Assembly (NCBI RefSeq): GCF_902459465.1
Contig: NC_047080.1
Location: forward strand, 2,046,001-2,110,000
Origin: Asterias rubens
Lineage: Eukaryota
Direction of reading: 5' to 3'
Length of the DNA: 64,000 nt
In this document: in pieces, positions 1-13,100 of the stretch
Position numbering within the stretch: the stretch's first letter is position 1
Layout of the letters: each line of letters starts with the position of its first letter
The notes under the pieces: model-generated
Databases searched by the model: none
The model's input: the letters and a program-made list of their open reading frames with translations, nothing else
What the model was told of the DNA's origin: nothing
Program-made: the position numbers and the translations under genes

Positions 1-929
1 CTAGTCTTCGTGGTATAATTTTAACTTAAATATTTTTTTTAAATTAGTTATTTTTGTTGATTTTGATCTTAAACATGTGGTACTTGATTGTAAATATCTG
101 CATGTTTCATGAAAATGTAATTTTATTGTCCCGAAATAATTATTCATCAATACATGTACAAATCAGCCCTATTCTTGAATCTAATTCATTTGTCTTGAAT
201 CACTTTGCTGATTTTATATCTGCACTTTTAAAGTAAATCTTTTGTTTGAAAAGAATTAGACAACAGATAGATAATGGAACATTATGCTGCTTTTATTTAC
301 AAAAGTAATTAAATTATATGTTTTTGAGATAAATTGCTGTTGTATTTGCCTGGTTGTATTTTACTTTGATCAATTTAATTCTTTTATCTGAAGCGAAAGT
401 GGGAAGTTCTACAAAAAAAGTATGGCTTGTGGGAAGAGTCCCATGGCAATCCACTTGTTATCTTTGGCCCCAGCAACCCTCTTTCTAAGTTTGTGTATTA
501 CAAAAGCTAAAACTTATTTCATAAAAACTTCTTCAAATTCGTTTGTGTAGTACAAAATCTAAAACTTATTTCATAAAAAGTATTCCGTTTCCAGAAAGAT
601 AGGCCCCTTTCGAAACCCCGGCTTACACTTATTGGCTCCGTCAGTCAAAACGTGCGCGATTCAATCAGACGGGCAGAGCTCACGCCATATCCGTAGTTTC
701 GAAAATGCTCAAAATGTACCAGGTTAGTGTCTGAGTCCCAGTCTTATTTTTACGGACAGCTGTAGAACAGCATGATAAGATCGAGCTTAGACTGGTTACT
801 TTCGCACGTTGCCTATCGCTATTGAGCAATGCTAGTTCTACCCCTTTCAACTTGTTGATAATTTCGTTGTCAGAATTTCACTGTTATTTACACTCTTGGC
901 AAGCCTTTAACTTGAAGTTGAACGTCATC

Positions 930-2308
930 ATGGCCGTTGGGAAGTATGCGATGTCTAAGGCGACATTTTATGATGAGGCGAAGAGTTATTGGGAGCAAAT
1001 AAGCCCGACTGTGAATGGAATGCTGGGCGGTTATGGAAGCATTTCCAATATTGACGTCAAAGGGTCCATCAACTTTCTCAAACCAATGCTACTGGTAAAT
1101 TATATTTATTGTGTTAATATTATTCTTCACAAACCTGCCGATAAATTATGTCATTTTCTGAAGTTTATGAAAAAGTTAACATGCAGACATTAATTTCGTT
1201 TAACTTGTTCCACCTCGTTCCTATTTTATTTAACATGATTACGTTTGAATTCAATTAATTTATTTAAAGATTAAGTTCTTTGGACTTTATTGGTTGTTGT
1301 TAAGGAAAAGTTTCCGTATGGCGCCACCACTTTTTCATTCGAAATAAAATAATATAGTATCTAACTTACCTGATTGATATATCCCTTTTTGTAAAAATGA
1401 GTGAAAAAGTGGTGGCGCCATACGGAAAGTTATCCATTGTTAACATTGTTTGCTGTAGTTTGTTTATATTTTTCTATATAAACAAATCAACTTCCCCTTA
1501 CTTGTTGACAACTTGACTTGAGGCTTTTGGTTAGTTTAATTTTTTCATAATCATTGTAATAGGAGGATTAGTTCCTTTTATTTTAATAAAGCCCATAAAA
1601 AAAGGTCTAATAGTATTTTTATTTATAATGACATGTACTCTACTCTTTTTTCTTAGTTCTGAACTTTGAATTATTTCTGCCACATTTCCATTAAATTCTC
1701 ACAGAATCTTTCTTTTTCTTTAGTACACACTCTTTGTTATTCATTGGCACCTATTTTAATCTAACTAATGCAGTACGTTTTGTTTTGTTCAACAGTGTGA
1801 ATGGAAAGAGCGCGTTGGATCTGAAAGAGCGCTAGACTGTGGTGCCGGCATCGGCCGCGTCACCAAACATACTCTCCTGCCCTTATTCCAGACGGTCGAT
1901 CTCGTCGAACAAGAGCAGAAATTCCTCGACCAAGCCCCTGCGTTCCTGGACGAAGGAGCATCCAAAATCGGGAAATACATCTGTTGCGGACTTCAAGAGT
2001 TTGTTCCTCAAGCCAAACACTACGATGTCATCTGGTGTCAGTGGGTCTTAGGACATCTCACCGATAAGCATCTTGTCGACTTCTTCAAGAGGTGCAAGGA
2101 AGGGCTGAGGGACGGGGGTGTCATCTGCGTCAAAGAGAACATTTCGAAGGAGGGTTATGTTTACGACGAACAGGACAGTAGTGTAACACGATCATCCAAG
2201 GAGCTGACCAAGATTTTCTCAAAAGCGGGACTCACGATCTTGAAGGAAGAAACCCAAACGAACTTTCCTCTGGAGATTTATACCGTCAAGATGTTTGCTC
2301 TCAGATGA
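930..2308 (+). CDS. NTMT1: N-terminal Xaa-Pro-Lys N-methyltransferase 1 (2 coding exons: 930-1094, 1796-2308; ~225 aa)
   Basis: Exon 1 FYDEAKSYWEQISPTVNGMLGGYGSISNIDVKGS with GT donor at 1095. Phase-0 AG at 1794-95. Exon 2 has ALDCGAGIGRV (SAM motif I), WCQWVLGHL and KEN, and ends at TGA 2306-08. The start could be ATG 930 or 951. Confidence 0.95.
1304..1435 (+). mobile_element. ~130-bp GG..CC MITE with 8-bp TSD (Merlin/IS1016-like)
   Basis: TIR GGAAAAGTTTCCGTATGGCGCCACCACTTTTTCA; flanks GTTGTTAA/ATTGTTAA (7/8). Confidence 0.8.
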
Positions 2309-2412
2309 AAAAAAATCACCTCGTCCTGTAGTTGATTTCTTATAATGTATTGACAGTTTCAGGAAAATGGCAGATTTTGACTTTTTTGCAAAGTTACAAA
2401 CCAAAGTCTTCC

Positions 2413-2782
2413 TTAAAGGATTCGGGTACTTTTTGAAATAGTCCAAAGATAATGATAGTGGAAAGCTCCCCTTCAAATATTACTAACTGAGGTTGTGTAG
2501 TTTTTGAGAAAAGAGTAAAACAAGTCACAAAATAATTTTCGTCTCAGTAAAATCCAGTTGTGATATTATACCAAAACCATAGCATAACTGGTTAATACGT
2601 TTTTACATGCTAAAACTGAGACGGAAATTATTTGTTTTACTCATTTCTCAAAAACTACAGCACCTCAGTAAGTAGAATTTCAAGGGAAGCTTTCTACTAT
2701 CATAATCTTCAAACTGTGTAAGTTTAATGTAAATCTGTGGACATTGTGTTTTGTGTTAGGAAAAGGTACATAGACCCTTTAA
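2413..2782. mobile_element. Family C foldback TTAA MITE
   Basis: TTAA-AGGATTCGGGTACT...AGGTACATAGACCCT-TTAA. The body is almost entirely an inverted repeat. It starts ~100 bp after the NTMT1 stop. Confidence 0.85.
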
Positions 2783-4185
2783 AAAGAAATTATGCTCATA
2801 GTATGAGCATAATTTCTTTATACGCAATTGGTAAACAACAAAGATTGCATCTGACACTTGACGTGATGTTGAAATACAAATTCATTATTTTTTAGATGGA
2901 CATACCACAAAACCTCATCCCAAAGATTATAAATAGTTTTGCAGAAAATCATTGTTTCTTAATCGAAATGAGTTGAAAGTTTTCAGATGTGAGTGTGTTA
3001 ATTTAATTTGGATATTTACCAACAATGTGTACTGTTGTGATGCCAGTATTGAAATAAAATAATAATGCTTTTTAGACAAATTAATCCAAAGTTTGTTATT
3101 ATAAGTTACCGTTTACCCCTTCTTGTGGTCAAATTAAAAGAAAATTCAAGCGCCTACTGTGTTTGTGCTGAAGGTCCGATCAAAAACATTACTGTGCCCA
3201 AGTTGTTTAAATGTGTGCCCATAAATTACAAATAGAAATGCATAGCTTGCTTACTCTGGCTTAACTTGATATAACATTTTAAAGATCAATAAAGTTAATA
3301 AGATGTCGCACAAAAAAAGAGCAGGCCCATCGCATCCCATATTTTCCTTTTTAAGTCATTGGTTTAACTGTTGGCCTTGATGAAATTACTTAAACTTGTT
3401 TGCACCCCATGGAGCGAGCAAGGATAACTATAGTATATAGATAACTATTATTTATAATAAAATGAGTAGGGTAGATGGCCTTAGCTTTTGATTCAAACCA
3501 TACCTTTTTTTCAGAGGCATAAACAAGTAAAAATGAATCCCACATCCGTTTATAGCAAAAAGAAGAGCAAATAAAGGGAAGGTATCCAGGGTTTATTATT
3601 TATACATAGACTGTTTCAAGCTGATGATATAGTCCAAACATGGAAACTCTACCTCCATGGTCCAAAATATCACCTGGAGGAGACCATGGGTGTTTGACGT
3701 CAATATAGACATTTTGATTGTTTTTAATATTATTGACAAAATGGGATGATGTAACTGTTCTTCCCCATTAGAGACCCACACGTCATCAGACTGCAATTTT
3801 ATTTTTAGACCACAAGATCAAAACTGGGCTTCCCATCCAGCCATCATACACTAATAATTTTCTCCACTGTCAAACCAGGGAGGTAACCTCCATGGTCAAA
3901 CAAAGTTTTATCATCGAGGTAGAAAAATAAAATACACCAATATAACAAATACCCTATTGTTTTTCATATATATACACGATTAAAGCTTCTGAAATGATTG
4001 ATAACATGGAGCAATGTTGATACATTGACTTTGGTTTGGTTTACAAATGAGTCACTGTTTTAATCCTTTTAATACAACCTGTCGTAAATAATTATTGCAT
4101 TATCATGCGCGCGCGCACCAATAATTACGTGCCTGAATAATTCTTTTACCCAGAATTCCTTTCGACAAGTCATATAAAAAACAAG

Positions 4186-7100
4186 ATGGCGCTCAAGGCG
4201 GTGGTCGGTCAAAGTAAGTTCGCTATGTTTTTGTTGAAATTATGTCTGATAATGAAGAATTTTATAAAAATAATGACTTGAAAGTGCGGAACTTTATTTC
4301 AGCATAATTTTTATCCGATATTTTTGTGGCAAAATGTGAGTGTTATGGATGAAATTTCATTTGAAAGCCGTGTGTATTTTTGTTGTAATTTCTTTTTGGT
4401 GTGTCGTCTCCCCCCGGACCCGCCCACCTCTCACACCCTCCTCCCCAGCCAAAACAACATGAATTTATTAAAGCCGTTCTCTACAAATACAATGGGTATG
4501 TGTCCACAACAAAGTCGCTTAAACAAGGTCACCGACTGGTTGAGCAATCCTGCCCTTTATTTGCAAACTCCATAAAAAAAATTAAAAAAAATAGTGCACA
4601 ATTTTTGAAACAGAGACAGAGTACTGTCTAGAAAAAGACTTCCCCCTCCGCCTTTCTGGCCCACAACGACTACGCCCAAGTAACTTCAAGAGGTAATAAA
4701 AGAAATTTCAAATAGAAAGTCACGTTTTAAGCCAATATTTCTTCGGGATATCGCCACCACTTTTTCACTCATTTTTACAGCAAGGGATATATCACTGAGG
4801 TAAATTAGATACTATATTATTTCATATCATATCAAAAATGAAAAAGTGGTGGCGCCATATGGAAAATTTTCCATTACTTCCCCCAGTTGTCACACGCACA
4901 AATGGATTTTGTAAAATCCTGTCAAATTTTTGTGGAAATTTAAAAACTGGATATCCAAATTGTTGACTTGCAATACATTCACATGAAAATTACAGATAAA
5001 GCAGGGTGTCTAGATTTAAAACAGGGTGTCCAAAAGACACACATATTATGGAAAAGAGGGAGGGGATTTGCTGTGCAGCTGTCATATTGGGGGTGTGGGT
5101 GGGGGAGATTGTAACAGCTATGGGCAAGCTAATCTTGAACGTCGAGGGTGTATTTTGTTGTGGATGACTATGATGGTGGGCGAGATGACTGGTTTCCATT
5201 ATTTCGGGTCCTACTACTTGCCGCCAACTCGCCGTCAACTCACTTGCGCCGTCAACTCGCCGTCAACTCCTCCAATATACATTTAAAATCCACAAAAGAA
5301 GCATAGAACTGTAAAGTATCAGCTCAAACAGCATTCGCGTAAGTTTTAGGTCATATTTCGGAACAAAAATTGAGTTTTTTTCTTGTGAAAAAAAATTCTG
5401 GAAGCCGAAAAACTGTCGACCGCCATCTTGCTTTTTCACAATGATTAGTCTTGGCCAAAGATGTCAACTTTTTTTTTATCAACACAAAGTCGTTTTTGTG
5501 AATGAATTTGTACCGAAAACCATGAGAAATATGTAGTTTAGCCCAGACTTAACACTTCCGTGCCCCCTTTTTATAGATTTTTCATGTAAATTTAATGAGT
5601 TGACGGCGCGAAAATGAGTTGACGGCGAGTTGACGGCAAGTCGGCGAGTTGACGGCAAGTAGTAGGACCGATTATTTCAAAGTCTATTTTCTGTAACCAA
5701 GATAAGCTAATTTTATACAGTCAGCTGCACCAACTTGTCTATCAAGAAAACCTAATAATAGGCCTAACTATCCATGATAATAGACCGATCCATTAAGCTC
5801 CGCCCCATTGCGTATTGACCAATCACAACGCAACGAAGGTCCGACACTAAGGTCCAATATGCGTGCGCGTATGCTTGGCGCGCTCGGCAGAGTTGTGCAG
5901 AAAGGCATTGGAGAGCCCAACGTGTTCTTGCTCACACGTGCTTTGTGGGCGGAGCCTACTGGAGTGGTCTATTGTCAATGCCAAAGTACATATTATGGTA
6001 GTACAATGTATGCTGTACAAATGTTTTTTTCTAGTCCCATGGTATTGTTTACCGCTCAATGTGGTTATGTACATGGAATAATACACTGAGGTAAAAATAT
6101 GTTTTTTTTATAGATTGTTTTTCTTCTTCTGTCAAGCCTCTAGTGATTAATTGAATTTATGACAGTTTTGTGCTAATATTTATTTTTGGGGAAGAACAGG
6201 GATGTCCACGGAAAATAGATAAAAAGAATTGGGGAAAATTATCAAGAGATAGTTGAAAGAAGAAAAAACATTATTTTGTTGTGCTTAGCTACTATTTGTG
6301 CTTTTAAGCAGAACTGTTAAATTGGGCCCTGGAATTACTCGGGGACCATGTTGCTTGTTAGCCTCAGTGCCCCTGCAGAAGTTTCCGAGAGACTTTAAAG
6401 ATTTTCCTCTGGAAGTGCCCTTTGTAAATTTAAAATGGCCTTGCCCCTCAAAGATGAAATCCAAGGCCTTTATATATTATATGGTAAAAGAACCTTACAG
6501 AATTGGTAATAATAACAAAAATCGTGAAGATCACAGATTTACATAAAACTTACACGGTCTAATGATGATGATGATAGAAAACATCCCTTGAAATATTTCT
6601 GTCTGAAATATCTTATTTGATGAGAAATAGATTTAACTAATTTCCCATTTGGAGTTTATCGCTCAGTGAATGTTTTATTTGTTTTTGTTTTGGCATCGAT
6701 GCAATGCAAAATGTGTACTAAGGTTTTCACTATTTTCTCAGGACCCAGATGGCCGATAGATCTCAAACTTCTACAGGTTTGTCGAAGGATTACATAAAGT
6801 GATTACACTGCCAGCAACTGTTTTGTTATAAAAAAAACAATTCTGTAATGTTCCTTTAAATAAGGATATCTTTTGCAATACTGACCTAGCCAGCTGAACC
6901 ACTTGGATTACATTCTGATTGGTCCTCATGTGTTTTAAATGGCATTTTGCCAGCGGACCATTGTTTTGGAAGATTGAGTGGTGTGTAAAGTGTACTGGGA
7001 AATGTAATGTGTGTTTAGTATGATTGGCAAAGCATGGGAAATGTAATGTGTGTTTAGTATGATTGGCAAAGCATCCTCTGCTTTGACTGATCATCAAAGC

Positions 7101-10100
7101 ATACTTACTCACATGAGATCCAATTTACAAAATTACAATTAACATAAACATGTACAAACATTGTAGCTCTACATTTTGGTTCATATTTATATATATTCAT
7201 ACATAGTTGTTACAGATTCCTGTAAGTGGCGGCTTTCCGCTGTTGGATGTCAATAAAAAAAAAAATTAAAAAAAATAATTATAAAATTCAAAATAATACA
7301 AACACCGTCCTCACAATCATGGAAAAAAAGAAAAGAGTTACGCTGCTTGAATTTGTCAGTGAACAAATATTTTCCCCTTGGGCCTTTGCCTTCTCCCCGT
7401 TTGCCTGTTATGCACAAACACCTTGCAATAATATTGACCCCTCAGTATTCACTCAAGCAGATCAATGCAATTAACATATCATGTACACCACACAGACGGA
7501 TGGGAATATTTTACTACTTACTGTATACATGATATGCATAATTAGCCTGCTGGCGCTGGAAGGGGTAATGCCTATTCATCGCGTTAAAGGATAGCTGTAA
7601 TTGAATTTGGGATCCACTTTGACGTCCAAGTCAGTGGTTGAAAAACATTAACACCATGATACGTGTGTAGATCTAATTTGCTGTGAAGATCCGTCTTTGA
7701 GAACTTGCCATTTATTCTACGTTTTGTCTACAGAGTAAACTGAATGGAATTCCTTAAAAATTGCCACGCAGGGCACAACTGCACAGTTTGTCATCCAACT
7801 TGTACAGGGCTTGTTAATTTTGGGTTTTTTTTTTTTTGGGGGGGGGAAACCCACTTAAGACCAAATTACTTTTTTATTTTCTGGTGTTATGTTGATTGTA
7901 AATGTGTACTGTATTTACATGTACATGTACTGTATTTACATGTATGCAATTATTAGCTTCAATTATTCCAGTTTTATGTGTGTACAACGTATTATGAAAA
8001 TTACTGTATTCTAAAAAGTTTTTAAAATTTAGTTGTAACAAATATGGAGTGCTTTGGCATATTATTATTAGGTATGCAATGTTTACAATGTTTTACATGA
8101 GGTTTATGTGCCAGACATGATAACTTTACTATGTTGTCTGGCGTATTCTCCCCAAATTTTCAAAAGATCAAAGCAAAGATTTCCCAAAGTGATATCAGAT
8201 ATGTTGAGTTTTTTTGGTGGATGATTTAAAGATAAACTTTAATCGTAGAGAACGGTGCTTGTTTTTCCTTCTGCAGGGATCCTCACAGAAGTGTTTTCTC
8301 CTCTGAAGAAACCAAATGAATGGAAGGTAAGGCAAAGGGTATGATTTGGGGGGATTCTCACTTGGGGAGATTCCCATTTGGGGGGATACTCACTTGGGGA
8401 GATTCCCATTTGGGGGGATTCTCACTTGGGGAGATTCCCATTTGGGGGGATTCTCACTTGGGGAGATTCCCATTTGGGGGGATTCTCACTTGGGGAGATT
8501 CCCATTTGGGGGGATTCTCATTTTGGATAAAGACCGGGGATAAAATAGTCAATTATAATTTTCTTAAGGTCGGCCAATATCCAGTTTCTTTGGCATTAAG
8601 GAACTGAGAATATTTTAAAATTGCCCTGAACAGGATGCCAGGCCATCACAGGTTACTATCCAGAATTTTACTCCTGTGTGTAGAGAAGCAATTATGATTA
8701 AGTGCCTTGCTCAAGGACACAAGTGTCGCAACCGACCAGGCAAGGATTCAAACCCACAATTTGAAATTACAGAGCTTGAGTCCACAACCCTAGACGGCTT
8801 GGCAATGACACCCCACAAGTCGATAACTTGATCTCTTTTTACATAAGAACAAAAAGTAGAAACAAGAACTCAATGAATAGGCTCATTTCAGCCTTTGAAA
8901 ATTTGAAAGGGGACCAGACTCTTCCAGCCTCAATTTGTTTACATTGCTTCAAAAGGAAGATTCCACACGATTGTGCAATGATAATGGTCTAGATCCCTGA
9001 CTCTTGTTTGTCTTTTTCCCAAAGGTGTTGGTTGTAGACCAGCTGAGCATGCGCATATTGTCATCATGTTGCCGCATGAAAGATATGACCAATCAGGGCA
9101 TTACATGTAAGTAGTAAATGTCGTAAAGTCGTGCAGGTTAAACAAACGTCATACATTCTTCACTGGCACTTCTTGAGGTAGACGGCGGTTTCTTTATTAA
9201 GCCCCCTTAATCAAATTAAATACAGGGTGAGTCAGTCCTCTGAAATGAAGTCAATTGGAGAAAACCTTGTTTGGAAAACTATAAAGTGCAACAGTTAATT
9301 TTGGTTGTTTACGACCAAATTTATGTGCTGAAAATTGTGCATGATTTTTCACTATTGTCTTATAAACTCACAAAATAAATTAGGCCCAAATGTTATTTCA
9401 TGTAAAATTGTTGATCACGCAAAGTCTGAATACTTTCTACAGCTATTTGTTCAGCTCTGATAGTTTGGGAGGTTATTGCAGAAATTACTGCTCAATATTC
9501 TTTTGCTAAGCATTAAACATTTGTGCATTGTAAAATGCTATAGTTGGTAACCTTATTCTGGTAAGCATAATTAATGTTTTGCTTAGCAACTTTTTAAGCA
9601 AACAACATTTTGCTTTAGCAGATAATCTTGCCTACAAAGGTTTTTATACAGGGGTGGTCTTTTTTCGGAGTGAATAATTGGACTTCCTTGAGCAAGGCTA
9701 TGTTTTGCGGTAATACCATTTGTAATCTTGATTGGGTAGTGTTGGTTCTGAAAAGAACCAGTCGTTTAATGACTCCACATTTCAATCAGTATGCTCTGGT
9801 CGTCTTCAAGTAGTTTAAAATCTTACTTAACATGCTGTTTATTCATGTACAATTTGTGTATGTTTAATAATAGTGGTGGAAGACTTGATGAAGAAACGTG
9901 AGCCTCTACGCACTCTGGAGGCCATCTACATCATTCAGCCATCGGAAAAGGTACCAAAAGACGGCTGTTTTAATTTCTTCTTTGTATCTCTTTGGAAGGA
10001 TCTAGTTATTATTATTTAAAGGCAGTGGACACTGTTAGTAATCACTCAAAATAATTATTAGCATAAAACCTTACTTGGAAACAAGTAATAGGGAGAGGTT

Positions 10101-13100
10101 GATAGTTTAAAACATTGTGAGAAACGGCTCCCTCTGAAGGGACGTAGTTTTTGAAAAAGAAGTAATTTTCCACGAATTTGAATTTGAGACCTCAGATTTA
10201 GAATTTTGAGGTCTCAAAATTAAGCCTCTGAAAGCATGCAGCTTTGTGTGACTAGGGTGTGTTTTCTTCCATTATTATCGTGCAACTTGGACGACCAATT
10301 GAGTTCAAATTTTCACAGGTTTGTTATTTTATGCATATGTTGAGATACACCAAGTGAGAAGACTGGTCTTTGACAATTACCAATAGTGTCCAGTGTCTTT
10401 AATAGGTGTTTTTTTTGCATTGGGATAAAATTTGTATTTCGTTAATGTTGGTACCATAGCTTTCCTGAGCTCGTTGAAAAAAAGAAGAAAAACATTTTTG
10501 CGGTACCTGCTGCTAACACACTGGATACGAAGGGTGATCAGTTTATAAATGGTGTAGTCCTTTCAGGGAACAACAGCACAGGGATTGTGATGGGGGTTCG
10601 ATGATGAGGAGGGTTCACAATATTTAGTTTGTGGTGCACATCATTGCACAGAGATTAACTCAGCAGAATTCAATACAAGGCCTCGAAATAACCCACAGCA
10701 CCCACAGCAATAGCCGTGGTGCCCTTTAATAATAATAATAATAATAATAATAAGACTTGTAATGCACACATATCCACCCTGCTGGGTGTTCAAGGCGCAG
10801 ACATAATTGTGCTTAGCAGAGAGTATCAAGACAAGACAATGGTTCAACTGGCAGACGATTGCAAAGTTCTAATTCAATTTTAACTTTTCCTCAAAGAAGG
10901 GCTTCTTACCAGGGGAAACTTTGTTAAATGCCCTTACATGAACGAAATTTAAGACCTGTAATGTTATTTGTCTTGATTTTGTTTTTATTGACAGTCTATC
11001 ACTCAATTGATCAACGATTTCAAGGAGCCGCTCAGCCCCCAGTACAAAGCAGCCCATATTTTCTTTACAGAATGTAAGTGAATAAATCTTGTGTATTCGA
11101 TAATGTGTTGTTTTTATGACAGAAAATCTGTTTTTTTACCCCTCCTCTCCTAGGGCCACTGATTTTCCGTTTCAGAAAAGTGCAAATTCCGTTTGGCAAA
11201 AACGTGAATTCCGTTTCAGGCACAAAAAATTCCGTTTCATGTTTTTTTAATTAGATAAAAGGTTGTTTAATACCCAGGGACACACTTATAAAAATCAATT
11301 TGAGATAAGTTGCACTGTTGACTTCGTAAAATGTTCATTTGACCTGACAAATTTCAAAAAAATACTTTTTTTTATAATTGTGGATTATTTTGTATACTGC
11401 TGTTCTAAAAAGGTTGCACTGTGACTGCAGTATCAATGCACATGATGTGATAGACTTGATTCCAAGTCTAAAACTGCAGTTGATTCTCTGCATCAGCCAC
11501 ATTGTAGGCTAATGACAGGAGTGTATCCACAAGAGGGCGCTGTTTCAGCATGATCAAAGACTTGGGAACAAGTCTATGGACGTGACCATTCTCCATCCAC
11601 AAACAAAATGTCAGCCATTTTGTTTTCGCTTTGGCGACAGAATGTTGACAGTTTACGGTTTTATTTTAGACCTTTCCGAGATGAAAAAACATTGTATGTG
11701 TTCTTATAGATCATAGGTAAGCTAGTTTGTGTATTATTGTTGGTAAAAGAGAGGGAGAAAATGCAATTTGGGTGAACAAAAAATGTTTAAAACGTGCCGC
11801 GAATAATGCCCTTCGCTTAACCATGTTAACAACGTGTGTACATCATGTGTGTAAACATTGAGGATGGTGTGAAGTAGAACAGAATGATCCACGGTTACGA
11901 TCTCGTACTTTTTAATGGTCTGATTTCTGATGCCTTTTTAGTTTAACAAAAAGAATCTTAATAAAGAATGCAATTTCAATAGTTTTGGCGTCAAGAAAAA
12001 AAAAAAAAAAAAAAAAAAATCAAATTTTCTGAAATCCCGTTTTCCGTTTCAAAGGGCGGATTCCGCGAATTCCGTCCGTTTTCCGCGATCGCGGAAAATC
12101 AGTGGCCCTACTCTCCACCCCCCCCCCCCAAAAAAAAAAAGCTTTCCCGCTCGCAAGCTTTCCCGTTCGTAAGCTTTCCCGCTCGAAAGCTTTCAAGTTC
12201 GCAAGCTTTCAAGTTCGCAAGCTTTTTTTTTTTTTTTAACAGCCTTTCACGTTCCTGTTTATTCAATAGTATGGTTAAATTGAAAATAATAACATGGTAA
12301 AAATGGAGACAAACATGTTTTTGAAGTTAAATATTGTATCGTATAGTTTCTCTTCTGAGTCTTTGTAGTTGAGTATAAAAAAATATAATTGATTTTGTTT
12401 TATATTTGAGCATTTTCCTAGAACACATAAAAACCCTCAAGGAATTTGTTTTGGTCTGATGTCATTGAGAGTCTGATGTCATTGATATTTTATTTATGGT
12501 CATGACGTTAGTTGATCTACAATAGTTTCCCAATTACAGCTAACGAGTTTATGTTGTCTATAAAGAGACCTGGGTCCAAAAGAACACAAGATAAGAATTC
12601 CGGGCAACTTCTTAAAAGTCTGTAAAGGCGGTGCCTATTGTTCAGTATCTGTGTCTTGTTTGAGCTCGGTCGTGTAATGAGTACGTTCTGCAACACAGGT
12701 TGCCCGGCTGAGCTGTTCACCACGCTGTGCAAGAACCCGGCGGTGAAGAACAAGATCAAAAACTTGAAGGAGATCAACATCGCCTTCATGCCGTACGAAT
12801 CATCGGTGAGGGTCAACTTTAGATTTTTGCCTCTACTTCATTCAGAATGTTGTCATTTTGGCATGTGATTTCTTCTCATATTCACCTGATTTCAGGATGT
12901 CTTTTTCAAAATCTACTCATGCCGTTATCCTTTTTTTGGGGGCAGAAAAAAGCAGTCACTGACTGGAGAATGAGGAAATCCACATTGTGTCCCAACTACC
13001 ATGTCACGTGTACAATTTGTGACTGGTATCCTGCTCATTTCTTCTCTGCTGAAAATCGTTGAGCAATATTCTCTGCTTAAATTGAGCTCGGACCAGCAAG

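Noticed and set aside
822-929. N-terminal extension of NTMT1 in ORF 822..1193
   Set aside because: Starts at a non-ATG codon and has no similarity to NTMT1. The part after 1094 is intron read-through.
5205-5670. CRISPR-like repeat arrays (also 8345 and 61135)
   Set aside because: Eukaryotic context, units are tandem without unique spacers, and no cas genes.
6563-6610. Box C/D snoRNA (ATGATGA...CTGA)
   Set aside because: The C box is part of a (GAT)n microsatellite, the span is too short, and there is no terminal stem.
8320-8607. 95-aa and 65-aa ORFs with repeating WGDSHLG units
   Set aside because: Translations of the 32-bp minisatellite inside STXBP1 intron 2, starting across the exon-2 donor.
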